Source of the DNA: Macrostomum lignano
Taxonomy: Eukaryota
Length of the DNA: 64,000 nt
Assembly (NCBI GenBank): GCA_002269645.1
Contig: NIVC01001288.1
Span: forward strand, 1 to 64,000
Direction: 5' to 3'
Shown here: positions 1-12,500 of the stretch, piece after piece
Layout of the letters: each line of letters begins with the position of its first letter
Numbering within the stretch: the stretch's first letter is position 1
Position numbers and translations under genes: made by a program
Notes under the pieces: model-generated
Told to the model about the DNA's origin: nothing
Database searches by the model: none
Seen by the model: only the letters and a program-made list of their open reading frames with translations

Positions 1-3000
1 ACCCTAACCCTAACCCTAACCCTAACCCTAACCCTAACCCTAACCCTAACCCTAACCCTAACCCTAACCCTAACCCTAACCCTAACCCTAACCCTAACCC
101 TAACCCTAACCCTAACCCTAACCCTAACCCTAACCCTAACCTAACCCTAACCCTAACCCTAACCCTAACCCTAACCCTAACCCTAACCCTAACCCTAACC
201 CTAACCCTAACCCTAACCCTAACCCTAACCCTAACCCTAACCCTAACCCTAACCCTAACCCTAACCCTAACCCTAACCCTAACCCTAACCCTAACCCTAA
301 CCCTAACCCTAACCCTAACCCTAACCCTAACCCTAACCCTAACCCTAACCCTAACCCTAACCCTAACCCTAACCCTAACCCTAACCCTAACCCTAACCCT
401 AACCCTAACCCTAACCCTAACCCTAACCCTAACCCTAACCCTAACCCTAACCCTAACCCTACCCTAACCCTAACCCTAACCCTAACCCTAACCCTAACCC
501 TAACCCTAACCCTAACCCTAACCCTAACCCTAACCTAACCCTAACCCTAACCCTAACCCTAACCCTAACCCTAACCCTAACCCTAACCCTAACCCTAACC
601 CTAACCCTAACCCTAACCCTAACCCTAACCCTAACCCTAACCCTAACCCTAACCCTAACCCTAACCCTAACCCTAACCCTAACCCTAACCCTAACCCTAA
701 CCCTAACCCTAACCCTAACCCTAACCCTAACCCTAACCCTAACCCTAACCCTAACCCTAACCCTAACCCTAACCCTAACCCTAACCCTAACCCTAACCCT
801 AACCCTAACCCTAACCCTAACCCTAACCCTAACCCTAACCCTAACCCTAACCCTAACCCTAACCCTAACCCTAACCCTAACCCTAACCCTAACCCTAACC
901 CTAACCCTAACCCTAACCCTAACCCTAACCCTAACCCTAACCCTAACCCTAACCCTAACCCTAACCCTAACCCTAACCCTAACCCTAACCCTAACCCTAA
1001 CCCTAACCCTAACCCTAACCCTAACCCTAACCCTAACCCTAACCCTAACCCTAACCCTAACCCTAACCCTAACCCTAACCCTAACCCTAACCCTAACCCT
1101 AACCCTAACCCTAACCCTAACCCTAACCCTAACCCTAACCCTAACCCTAACCCTAACCCTAACCCTAACCCTAACCCTAACCCTAACCCTAACCCTAACC
1201 CTAACCCTAACCCTAACCCTAACCCTAACCCTAACCCTAACCCTAACCCTAACCCTAACCCTAACCCTAACCCTAACCCTAACCCTAACCCTAACCCTAA
1301 CCCTAACCCTAACCCTAACCCTAACCCTAACCCTAACCCTAACCCTAACCCTAACCCTAACCCTAACCCTAACCCTAACCCTAACCCTAACCCTAACCCT
1401 AACCCTAACCCTAACCCTAACCCTAACCCTAACCCTAACCCTAACCCTAACCCTAACCCTAACCCTAACCCTAACCCTAACCCTAACCCTAACCCTAACC
1501 CTAACCCTAACCCTAACCCTAACCCTAACCCTAACCCTAACCCTAACCCTAACCCTAACCCTAACCCTAACCCTAACCCTAACCCTAACCCTAACCCTAA
1601 CCCTAACCCTAACCCTAACCCTAACCCTAACCCTAACCCTAACCCTAACCCTAACCCTAACCCTAACCCTAACCCTAACCCTAACCCTAACCCTAACCCT
1701 AACCCTAACCCTAACCCTAACCCTAACCCTAACCCTAACCCTAACCCTAACCCTAACCCTAACCCTAACCCTAACCCTAACCCTAACCCTAACCCTAACC
1801 CTAACCCTAACCCTAACCCTAACCCTAACCCTAACCCTAACCCTAACCCTAACCCTAACCCTAACCCTAACCCTAACCCTAACCCTAACCCTAACCCTAA
1901 CCCTAACCCTAACCCTAACCCTAACCCTAACCCTAACCCTAACCCTAACCCTAACCCTAACCCTAACCCTAACCCTAACCCTAACCCTAACCCTAACCCT
2001 AACCCTAACCCTAACCCTAACCCTAACCCTAACCCTAACCCTAACCCTAACCCTAACCCTAACCCTAACCCTAACCCTAACCCTAACCCTAACCCTAACC
2101 CTAACCCTAACCCTAACCCTAACCCTAACCCTAACCCTAACCCTAACCCTAACCCTAACCCTAACCCTAACCCTAACCCTAACCCTAACCCTAACCCTAA
2201 CCCTAACCCTAACCCTAACCCTAACCCTAACCCTAACCCTAACCCTAACCCTAACCCTAACCCTAACCCTAACCCTAACCCTAACCCTAACCCTAACCCT
2301 AACCCTAACCCTAACCCTAACCCTAACCCTAACCCTAACCCTAACCCTAACCCTAACCCTAACCCTAACCCTAACCCTAACCCTAACCCTAACCCTAACC
2401 CTAACCCTAACCCTAACCCTAACCCTAACCCTAACCCTAACCCTAACCCTAACCCTAACCCTAACCCTAACCCTAACCCTAACCCTAACCCTAACCCTAA
2501 CCCTAACCCTAACCCTAACCCTAACCCTAACCCTAACCCTAACCCTAACCCTAACCCTAACCCTAACCCTAACCCTAACCCTAACCCTAACCCTAACCCT
2601 AACCCTAACCCTAACCCTAACCCTAACCCTAACCCTAACCCTAACCCTAACCCTAACCCTAACCCTAACCCTAACCCTAACCCTAACCCTAACCCTAACC
2701 CTAACCCTAACCCTAACCCTAACCCTAACCCTAACCCTAACCCTAACCCTAACCCTAACCCTAACCCTAACCCTAACCCTAACCCTAACCCTAACCCTAA
2801 CCCTAACCCTAACCCTAACCCTAACCCTAACCCTAACCCTAACCCTAACCCTAACCCTAACCCTAACCCTAACCCTAACCCTAACCCTAACCCTAACCCT
2901 AACCCTAACCCTAACCCTAACCCTAACCCTAACCCTAACCCTAACCCTAACCCTAACCCTAACCCTAACCCTAACCCTAACCCTAACCCTAACCCTAACC

Positions 3001-6000
3001 CTAACCCTAACCCTAACCCTAACCCTAACCCTAACCCTAACCCTAACCCTAACCCTAACCCTAACCCTAACCCTAACCCTAACCCTAACCCTAACCCTAA
3101 CCCTAACCCTAACCCTAACCCTAACCCTAACCCTAACCCTAACCCTAACCCTAACCCTAACCCTAACCCTAACCCTAACCCTAACCCTAACCCTAACCCT
3201 AACCCTAACCCTAACCCTAACCCTAACCCTAACCCTAACCCTAACCCTAACCCTAACCCTAACCCTAACCCTAACCCTAACCCTAACCCTAACCCTAACC
3301 CTAACCCTAACCCTAACCCTAACCCTAACCCTAACCCTAACCCTAACCCTAACCCTAACCCTAACCCTAACCCTAACCCTAACCCTAACCCTAACCCTAA
3401 CCCTAACCCTAACCCTAACCCTAACCCTAACCCTAACCCTAACCCTAACCCTAACCCTAACCCTAACCCTAACCCTAACCCTAACCCTAACCCTAACCCT
3501 AACCCTAACCCTAACCCTAACCCTAACCCTAACCCTAACCCTAACCCTAACCCTAACCCTAACCCTAACCCTAACCCTAACCCTAACCCTAACCCTAACC
3601 CTAACCCTAACCCTAACCCTAACCCTAACCCTAACCCTAACCCTAACCCTAACCCTAACCCTAACCCTAACCCTAACCCTAACCCTAACCCTAACCCTAA
3701 CCCTAACCCTAACCCTAACCCTAACCCTAACCCTAACCCTAACCCTAACCCTAACCCTAACCCTAACCCTAACCCTAACCCTAACCCTAACCCTAACCCT
3801 AACCCTAACCCTAACCCTAACCCTAACCCTAACCCTAACCCTAACCCTAACCCTAACCCTAACCCTAACCCTAACCCTAACCCTAACCCTAACCCTAACC
3901 CTAACCCTAACCCTAACCCTAACCCTAACCCTAACCCTAACCCTAACCCTAACCCTAACCCTAACCCTAACCCTAACCCTAACCCTAACCCTAACCCTAA
4001 CCCTAACCCTAACCCTAACCCTAACCCTAACCCTAACCCTAACCCTAACCCTAACCCTAACCCTAACCCTAACCCTAACCCTAACCCTAACCCTAACCCT
4101 AACCCTAACCCTAACCCTAACCCTAACCCTAACCCTAACCCTAACCCTAACCCTAACCCTAACCCTAACCCTAACCCTAACCCTAACCCTAACCCTAACC
4201 CTAACCCTAACCCTAACCCTAACCCTAACCCTAACCCTAACCCTAACCCTAACCCTAACCCTAACCCTAACCCTAACCCTAACCCTAACCCTAACCCTAA
4301 CCCTAACCCTAACCCTAACCCTAACCCTAACCCTAACCCTAACCCTAACCCTAACCCTAACCCTAACCCTAACCCTAACCCTAACCCTAACCCTAACCCT
4401 AACCCTAACCCTAACCCTAACCCTAACCCTAACCCTAACCCTAACCCTAACCCTAACCCTAACCCTAACCCTAACCCTAACCCTAACCCTAACCCTAACC
4501 CTAACCCTAACCCTAACCCTAACCCTAACCCTAACCCTAACCCTAACCCTAACCCTAACCCTAACCCTAACCCTAACCCTAACCCTAACCCTAACCCTAA
4601 CCCTAACCCTAACCCTAACCCTAACCCTAACCCTAACCCTAACCCTAACCCTAACCCTAACCCTAACCCTAACCCTAACCCTAACCCTAACCCTAACCCT
4701 AACCCTAACCCTAACCCTAACCCTAACCCTAACCCTAACCCTAACCCTAACCCTAACCCTAACCCTAACCCTAACCCTAACCCTAACCCTAACCCTAACC
4801 CTAACCCTAACCCTAACCCTAACCCTAACCCTAACCCTAACCCTAACCCTAACCCTAACCCTAACCCTAACCCTAACCCTAACCCTAACCCTAACCCTAA
4901 CCCTAACCCTAACCCTAACCCTAACCCTAACCCTAACCCTAACCCTAACCCTAACCCTAACCCTAACCCTAACCCTAACCCTAACCCTAACCCTAACCCT
5001 AACCCTAACCCTAACCCTAACCCTAACCCTAACCCTAACCCTAACCCTAACCCTAACCCTAACCCTAACCCTAACCCTAACCCTAACCCTAACCCTAACC
5101 CTAACCCTAACCCTAACCCTAACCCTAACCCTAACCCTAACCCTAACCCTAACCCTAACCCTAACCCTAACCCTAACCCTAACCCTAACCCTAACCCTAA
5201 CCCTAACCCTAACCCTAACCCTAACCCTAACCCTAACCCTAACCCTAACCCTAACCCTAACCCTAACCCTAACCCTAACCCTAACCCTAACCCTAACCCT
5301 AACCCTAACCCTAACCCTAACCCTAACCCTAACCCTAACCCTAACCCTAACCCTAACCCTAACCCTAACCCTAACCCTAACCCTAACCCTAACCCTAACC
5401 CTAACCCTAACCCTAACCCTAACCCTAACCCTAACCCTAACCCTAACCCTAACCCTAACCCTAACCCTAACCCTAACCCTAACCCTAACCCTAACCCTAA
5501 CCCTAACCCTAACCCTAACCCTAACCCTAACCCTAACCCTAACCCTAACCCTAACCCTAACCCTAACCCTAACCCTAACCCTAACCCTAACCCTAACCCT
5601 AACCCTAACCCTAACCCTAACCCTAACCCTAACCCTAACCCTAACCCTAACCCTAACCCTAACCCTAACCCTAACCCTAACCCTAACCCTAACCCTAACC
5701 CTAACCCTAACCCTAACCCTAACCCTAACCCTAACCCTAACCCTAACCCTAACCCTAACCCTAACCCTAACCCTAACCCTAACCCTAACCCTAACCCTAA
5801 CCCTAACCCTAACCCTAACCCTAACCCTAACCCTAACCCTAACCCTAACCCTAACCCTAACCCTAACCCTAACCCTAACCCTAACCCTAACCCTAACCCT
5901 AACCCTAACCCTAACCCTAACCCTAACCCTAACCCTAACCCTAACCCTAACCCTAACCCTAACCCTAACCCTAACCCTAACCCTAACCCTAACCCTAACC

Positions 6001-8130
6001 CTAACCCTAACCCTAACCCTAACCCTAACCCTAACCCTAACCCTAACCCTAACCCTAACCCTAACCCTAACCCTAACCCTAACCCTAACCCTAACCCTAA
6101 CCCTAACCCTAACCCTAACCCTAACCCTAACCCTAACCCTAACCCTAACCCTAACCCTAACCCTAACCCTAACCCTAACCCTAACCCTAACCCTAACCCT
6201 AACCCTAACCCTAACCCTAACCCTAACCCTAACCCTAACCCTAACCCTAACCCTAACCCTAACCCTAACCCTAACCCTAACCCTAACCCTAACCCTAACC
6301 CTAACCCTAACCCTAACCCTAACCCTAACCCTAACCCTAACCCTAACCCTAACCCTAACCCTAACCCTAACCCTAACCCTAACCCTAACCCTAACCCTAA
6401 CCCTAACCCTAACCCTAACCCTAACCCTAACCCTAACCCTAACCCTAACCCTAACCCTAACCCTAACCCTAACCCTAACCCTAACCCTAACCCTAACCCT
6501 AACCCTAACCCTAACCCTAACCCTAACCCTAACCCTAACCCTAACCCTAACCCTAACCCTAACCCTAACCCTAACCCTAACCCTAACCCTAACCCTAACC
6601 CTAACCCTAACCCTAACCCTAACCCTAACCCTAACCCTAACCCTAACCCTAACCCTAACCCTAACCCTAACCCTAACCCTAACCCTAACCCTAACCCTAA
6701 CCCTAACCCTAACCCTAACCCTAACCCTAACCCTAACCCTAACCCTAACCCTAACCCTAACCCTAACCCTAACCCTAACCCTAACCCTAACCCTAACCCT
6801 AACCCTAACCCTAACCCTAACCCTAACCCTAACCCTAACCCTAACCCTAACCCTAACCCTAACCCTAACCCTAACCCTAACCCTAACCCTAACCCTAACC
6901 CTAACCCTAACCCTAACCCTAACCCTAACCCTAACCCTAACCCTAACCCTAACCCTAACCCTAACCCTAACCCTAACCCTAACCCTAACCCTAACCCTAA
7001 CCCTAACCCTAACCCTAACCCTAACCCTAACCCTAACCCTAACCCTAACCCTAACCCTAACCCTAACCCTAACCCTAACCCTAACCCTAACCCTAACCCT
7101 AACCCTAACCCTAACCCTAACCCTAACCCTAACCCTAACCCTAACCCTAACCCTAACCCTAACCCTAACCCTAACCCTAACCCTAACCCTAACCCTAACC
7201 CTAACCCTAACCCTAACCCTAACCCTAACCCTAACCCTAACCCTAACCCTAACCCTAACCCTAACCCTAACCCTAACCCTAACCCTAACCCTAACCCTAA
7301 CCCTAACCCTAACCCTAACCCTAACCCTAACCCTAACCCTAACCCTAACCCTAACCCTAACCCTAACCCTAACCCTAACCCTAACCCTAACCCTAACCCT
7401 AACCCTAACCCTAACCCTAACCCTAACCCTAACCCTAACCCTAACCCTAACCCTAACCCTAACCCTAACCCTAACCCTAACCCTAACCCTAACCCTAACC
7501 CTAACCCTAACCCTAACCCTAACCCTAACCCTAACCCTAACCCTAACCCTAACCCTAACCCTAACCCTAACCCTAACCCTAACCCTAACCCTAACCCTAA
7601 CCCTAACCCTAACCCTAACCCTAACCCTAACCCTAACCCTAACCCTAACCCTAACCCTAACCCTAACCCTAACCCCTAAGTTATAAGCTACCCTAACCCT
7701 AACCCTAACCCTAACCCTAACCCTAACCCTAACCCTAACCCTAACCCTAACCCTAACCCTAACCCTAACCCTAACCCTAACCCTAACCCTAACCCTAACC
7801 CTAACCCTAACCCTAACCCTAACCCTAACCCTAACCCTAACCCTAACCCTAACCCTAACCCTAACCCTAACCCTAACCCTAACCCTAACCCTAACCCTAA
7901 CCCTAACCCTAACCCTAACCCTAACCCTAACTCTAACCCTAACCCTAACCCTAACCCTAACCCTAACCCTAACCCTAACCCTAACCCTAACCCCTAACCC
8001 TAACCCTAACCCTAACCCTAACCCTAACCCTAACCCTAACCCTAACCCTAACCCTAACCCTAACCCTAACCCTAACCCTAACCCTAACCCTAACCCTAAC
8101 CCTAACCCTAACCCTAACCCTAACCCTAAC
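1..8130 (-). repeat. Telomere, (CCCTAA)n / (TTAGGG)n, about 1350 units
   Basis: Uninterrupted CCCTAA array from base 1, C-rich on +, the correct polarity for a left chromosome end. It ends abruptly at ...TAACCCTAAC|AGCCACAGTG (8130/8131). A few single-base variants and one 11-nt insert at 7680-7690. Confidence 0.99.
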
Positions 8131-8480
8131 AGCCACAGTGCCTGTATTATAATAGTTTAGGCGGAGCAACGCGCCCCGCTCGGCCCTGACTGTAAACCTA
8201 TGGCTCTCTAAACCATGCAATGTTCTGTAAACGTATAATCTTGTTCTGTACTTATGCGATTGCTATAATGTCTGTAACTTACTGTAATATTCTTGTAGCA
8301 TAACTTTCGGTAGCCTACCGTAGCCTTTTTTAATCCTGTCATTCTGTAATTCTGTCATTCGGTAGCCTGGAAATCCGTAAGTCTGTATTCTCTAAGGTCG
8401 TCAGTAACTCTGTAACTCTGTATACTGGAACATCCTACTGTAATTCTGCTACGCTGTAATTCTATACTCTGTAGTTATGT
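8131..8480. repeat. Telomere-adjacent segment rich in a short CTGTA(A) motif
   Basis: About 14 irregularly spaced CTGTAA/CTGTAT/CTGTCA motifs in 350 bp. Confidence 0.5.
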
Positions 8481-9245
8481 AGTGTTTCGCCGTCACCCCG
8501 CGTGTTGGTTTTATATTTGCGCGGCCCTCTCCTTTTCGGAAGGGAGGCGGGTGTGACGTTGTCAGTTGAGGTGGCCCCGACAAGGGCCGTTTTAGCGAAA
8601 GCATGCCATATAATGTCTGTTTTTAAGTTGGTTTTACGCCGGCCAATAGGAAAGCCGTGCATATTTTATGCTAAGTCCGGATTAAGCTTTGTTGTGCGCC
8701 CACCCCCAACCCGCTCGTTATAAGCCCTGTCTGGCTGGCGCGCCCGGGGTTAGGTTGTATCTTGTTTGGTTCTTGATTACCGACCGGCGCTCTCTCTCTC
8801 TCCCCGCCTCGGCCAAGTTCACCTCGCAAAATTCAAGCCACGCCACTGCCCCGAGTGGGGCTCACGTCACACTTCCACCGCCGTCACTTCGCGCCACTTC
8901 TCCATAGCTCTACACCATTGCCATCATTCCTTCGCCACTTCATCGCCGTAGCCTATTAGCTATCCATCACCATTACCATTATTGTTGCCTGCCGCAGTGC
9001 CTAAAGTATCATAGTTCAGATTCAGCGCCAAATCAGGCCCAGTCCCACTCTTATATTTCCGACTGGGATCTATAGCGAGCGAGCCTATCTAACCATAATA
9101 AATAATCGATAACATAACAACTAAATCTGAATGCTACCGCTACACAGATCGCCTCCGTTATTCGTCTTCGTCATTTGACCGTGTCGTCTTTAATCGTCAC
9201 ACAATGATCTGGTCGGAGTCAGAATATTCTGAACCATGCCGCACA
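8480..9245 (+). mobile_element. Possible solo-LTR-like repeat, related to 53460-54170
   Basis: Colinear similarity blocks shared with 53.5-54.2 kb: GCCAAT..AAA; TTTTA(T/C)GCTA; CGCTC.TTAT.A.CCC...CTGGC.GGCG; ATTGTTGC..GCC.CAGTG..C.AAAG; CCGCTACACA; AGAATATTC. The CCAAT and TATA-like motifs suit an LTR, but no termini or TSD were proven. Confidence 0.35.
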
Positions 9246-9512
9246 AGTTTATTTGTAATTGATATTTAAATTTCAACGATAATCTGACTCGAAATCTGAC
9301 AGATATCAGTTAAAAGCGCAGATTAAGCCAGTTCATGGGGAAATAAAATATCAGCATATAAAAACTCAACGCTTTGCAATTTCAGTACAAAATTATTTCG
9401 AGCAGCAAAAAAATTAATCTGCGCTCTAGTTAAAAATATGCAATAAATTTTCTCCGTCTTTGTTGCCTATACGAAAAAAACTCTTTTCGCCCTAACGTAT
9501 TTTCTCCGGCTT

Positions 9513-12500
9513 TCAGTTGGCTCTCTCCAAGCCCAGCTTCGTCCTGTTAGCCAGGTTTCTCTGCCGCTGGCTTTCCAAGCGCAGAGATGACGGCACTTTT
9601 TCAGGCCGTGGGTGATGCGGGTAAGTGCTGAGCAGGGTCAGCTTCTCCAGCAAAGAACCGATTCGAGTCAGCGCCTCTGACAGGTAGAGATCCAGGGGTG
9701 ATAGCTGAGGCTGAGGTGGGGCGGATTCCATGGACTGGTGTATCTGCAAGTTTTCAAAATGAATCAGACGAGTATATAGAGCGATCCAAATCTTTCTTTG
9801 CTTTCCATATGGTAATATATGTAAATATTCGAATCTTGTCGAGATTTTCTGCATAAGAGCTTAAGAGCTGTGCAAAGAATGAAATTTCAACCCGGCACTC
9901 AGAGTTTAATAATATTTAAGAAATGAATAGAGAAGCAAAAATCAACATTAAATTAATTTAACGACGCGTTTCGCACGATACTGTGCATCTTCAGGTATAT
10001 TTTGAGCGAAAGAAACGAGTGAGATCGGAAGTAAATAAATACGAAGTTTTGGGGTGTAAATTTAATCAATATTTGACGTACATGTTTGTTGGTCCATAAG
10101 TCGAGAGGCAAAGTCCAGGGACGGATTGATAGCGATGTAGTTAAAATTGCAAAATGTACAACCAGTGCCCCCTCCCTTAGAACACACGGAGAACATGGCC
10201 CGCGCCACTGTGTTGGATTTGAGTGTTGAGGTTGGGGGAATGCGCTTTAATGTACAGCGCTTCAAGTATCTGCAGTTTGGAGTCAAATCAGCATTGATCA
10301 ATGACTTTGAAGCGCTCTTCGGGTTTGCAGTTAGAGCAACTATTACACTCTAAGAGATGGTTTTGGATAGCCGACGGCGATAATAGTAGTCACCTTTTAG
10401 CAGTTTGGGAGTGGTGCTAATCTGGGGAGCGGTGCTAATCTAAGGGAGCGGGGCTAATATAAAGAAGTGGGGGGGCTAATCTGGGGGATTGGGGCTAATC
10501 TGGAGGAAGTAGCGGTGCGAATTTTTGCGGAGTGGTGCGAATCTGGAGAAGTAGTGCTAATCTGGGAAGGTGAAACTATCTGGGAAGCGGCGGTAATCTG
10601 TGGAGCGGTGCTAATCTAGGCTGAGTGCTAATCTAGGCTGAGTGCTAATCTAGGCTGAGTGCTAATCTAGGCTGAGTACTTATCTGGACTGAGTGCTAAT
10701 CTAGGCTGAGTGCTAATCTGGGCTGAGTGCTAATCTAGGCTGATTGCTAATCTGGGCTGAGTGCTAATCTAGGCTGAGTGCTAATCTGGGCTGAGTGCTA
10801 ATCTGGGCTGAGTGCTAATCTGGACTGAGTGCTAATCTGGGCTGAGTGCTAATCTAGGCTGAGTGCTAATCTAGGCTGAGTGCTAATCTGGGCTGAGTGC
10901 TAATCTAGCCTGAGTGCTAATCTGGGCTGAGTGCTAATCTGGGCTGAGTGCTAATCTGGGCGTAGTGCTAATCTGGGGGAAGTGGGGCTAATCTGGGGGT
11001 GTAGGGCTAATGTGGGAGAATAGTGCTAATCTGGTGAGGATTTGAAAATAACGAATAATCATAAAAGAACTATAAATGAATTGACATTGCAAAGTTTCAA
11101 ACATTAAGAAATGTAAATTTTTAGAACTTTTTAGCCTCAGTAAAATTGGTGTACAACTGCTTAGAGATTTGCTACTGCAGAACTGCTCGGAGATTAGTGA
11201 GATTTGCTCAGCGACTGTGCAAAACTGCTTATAGACAAGCGCTAAACTGCTAAGAAGCCACCCGGAGGGGGGGCTAAATGGCTAGTCCATATACTAAAAA
11301 TGGTCTGTCGGTATCTAAGTAGGTAGGTATGCGATCGATTTCAGAAAAAAACGGCTCAACCGATTTTGTTCGAACTTGCACTGTTCGATCAGAAATTTTC
11401 CCGTGACAGAACATGCATGGTGGCTAAGAAATTACTCGATGCTAAAGAGATTAAATATTCGAAAAACATGCTTTTTTGCAAAGGTCAAGCAGCTCTTTCG
11501 ACTTGAAATGCATTGTAAGAATGCTAGAGAAAAAACTGACTGGTTGAGTTCTAATTCTGAAATAGATTTCATCATCACAATAGGCTTTTATTTATCGTCT
11601 GTGTACTGGCTGAATTTTGACACAGAATTGAATTACGTCACAGTATTGAAAACGCAGTGTGGAAGCATAACACAATACTTGATTTGTATTGCGTAACCAT
11701 ATGGCTAAATTTAATAGAGTGGTACTGACTTGCCTAAGAAATTGATTATGTCATAACTGCTTCGTGTGACTTTTACTCAATTGACTTGGTGTGAGTGTTG
11801 AATTATATAAGTGCTACAAATTCATTTAAATTTCAATGAGAGCTAGCCTAGATGTGAACACACTGGACTGCTAATACAGCGACCTGGGTTCGAATCTTAG
11901 TAGTGTATAAAAAAATAAAAGTAGCATAATTTTTTTCATTGAAAGCTTTTATTAAAGGACTAATTAAAAAGACCTGGATTATGGCGCTAGATAAACCAAG
12001 GATTATTGCACTTGATAAGCCAAGAATTATTGCACTTGATAAGCCAAGGAATATTGCACTTGATAAACTAAGGATTACTGCGCTTGATAAACCAAGGATT
12101 ATTGCACTTGATAAGCCAATGATTTTTGCACTTGATAAACCAAGGCTTACTGCACTTGATAAGCCAAGGATTATTGCACTTGATAAGCCAAGGATTATTG
12201 CACTTGATAAGCCAAGGATTATTGCACTTGATAAACCAAAGATTACTGCGCTTGATAAACCAAGGTTTATTGCACTTGATAAACCAAGGATTATTGCACT
12301 TGATAAGCCAAGGATTATTGCACTTGATAAACCAAGGATTACTGCACTTGATAAACCAAGGATTACTGCACTTGATAAACCAAGGATTATTGCACTTGAT
12401 AAACCAAGGATTACTGCACTTGATAAACCAACGATTATTGCACTTGATAAACCAAGGATTACTGCACTTGATAAACCAAGGGGAAGCTATATGATGTTGT

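Noticed and set aside
130-540. Single-base deletions in distal telomere repeats (about 140, 460, 535)
   Set aside because: Isolated homopolymer-type indels near the contig end, most likely read errors.
7987-8220. ORF ending in poly-(VR)
   Set aside because: Translation of TTAGGG repeats; no evidence of a gene.
10147-10353. 68-aa plus-strand ORF MQNVQPVPP...
   Set aside because: It is the antisense shadow of the Penelope GIY-YIG remnant on the minus strand.
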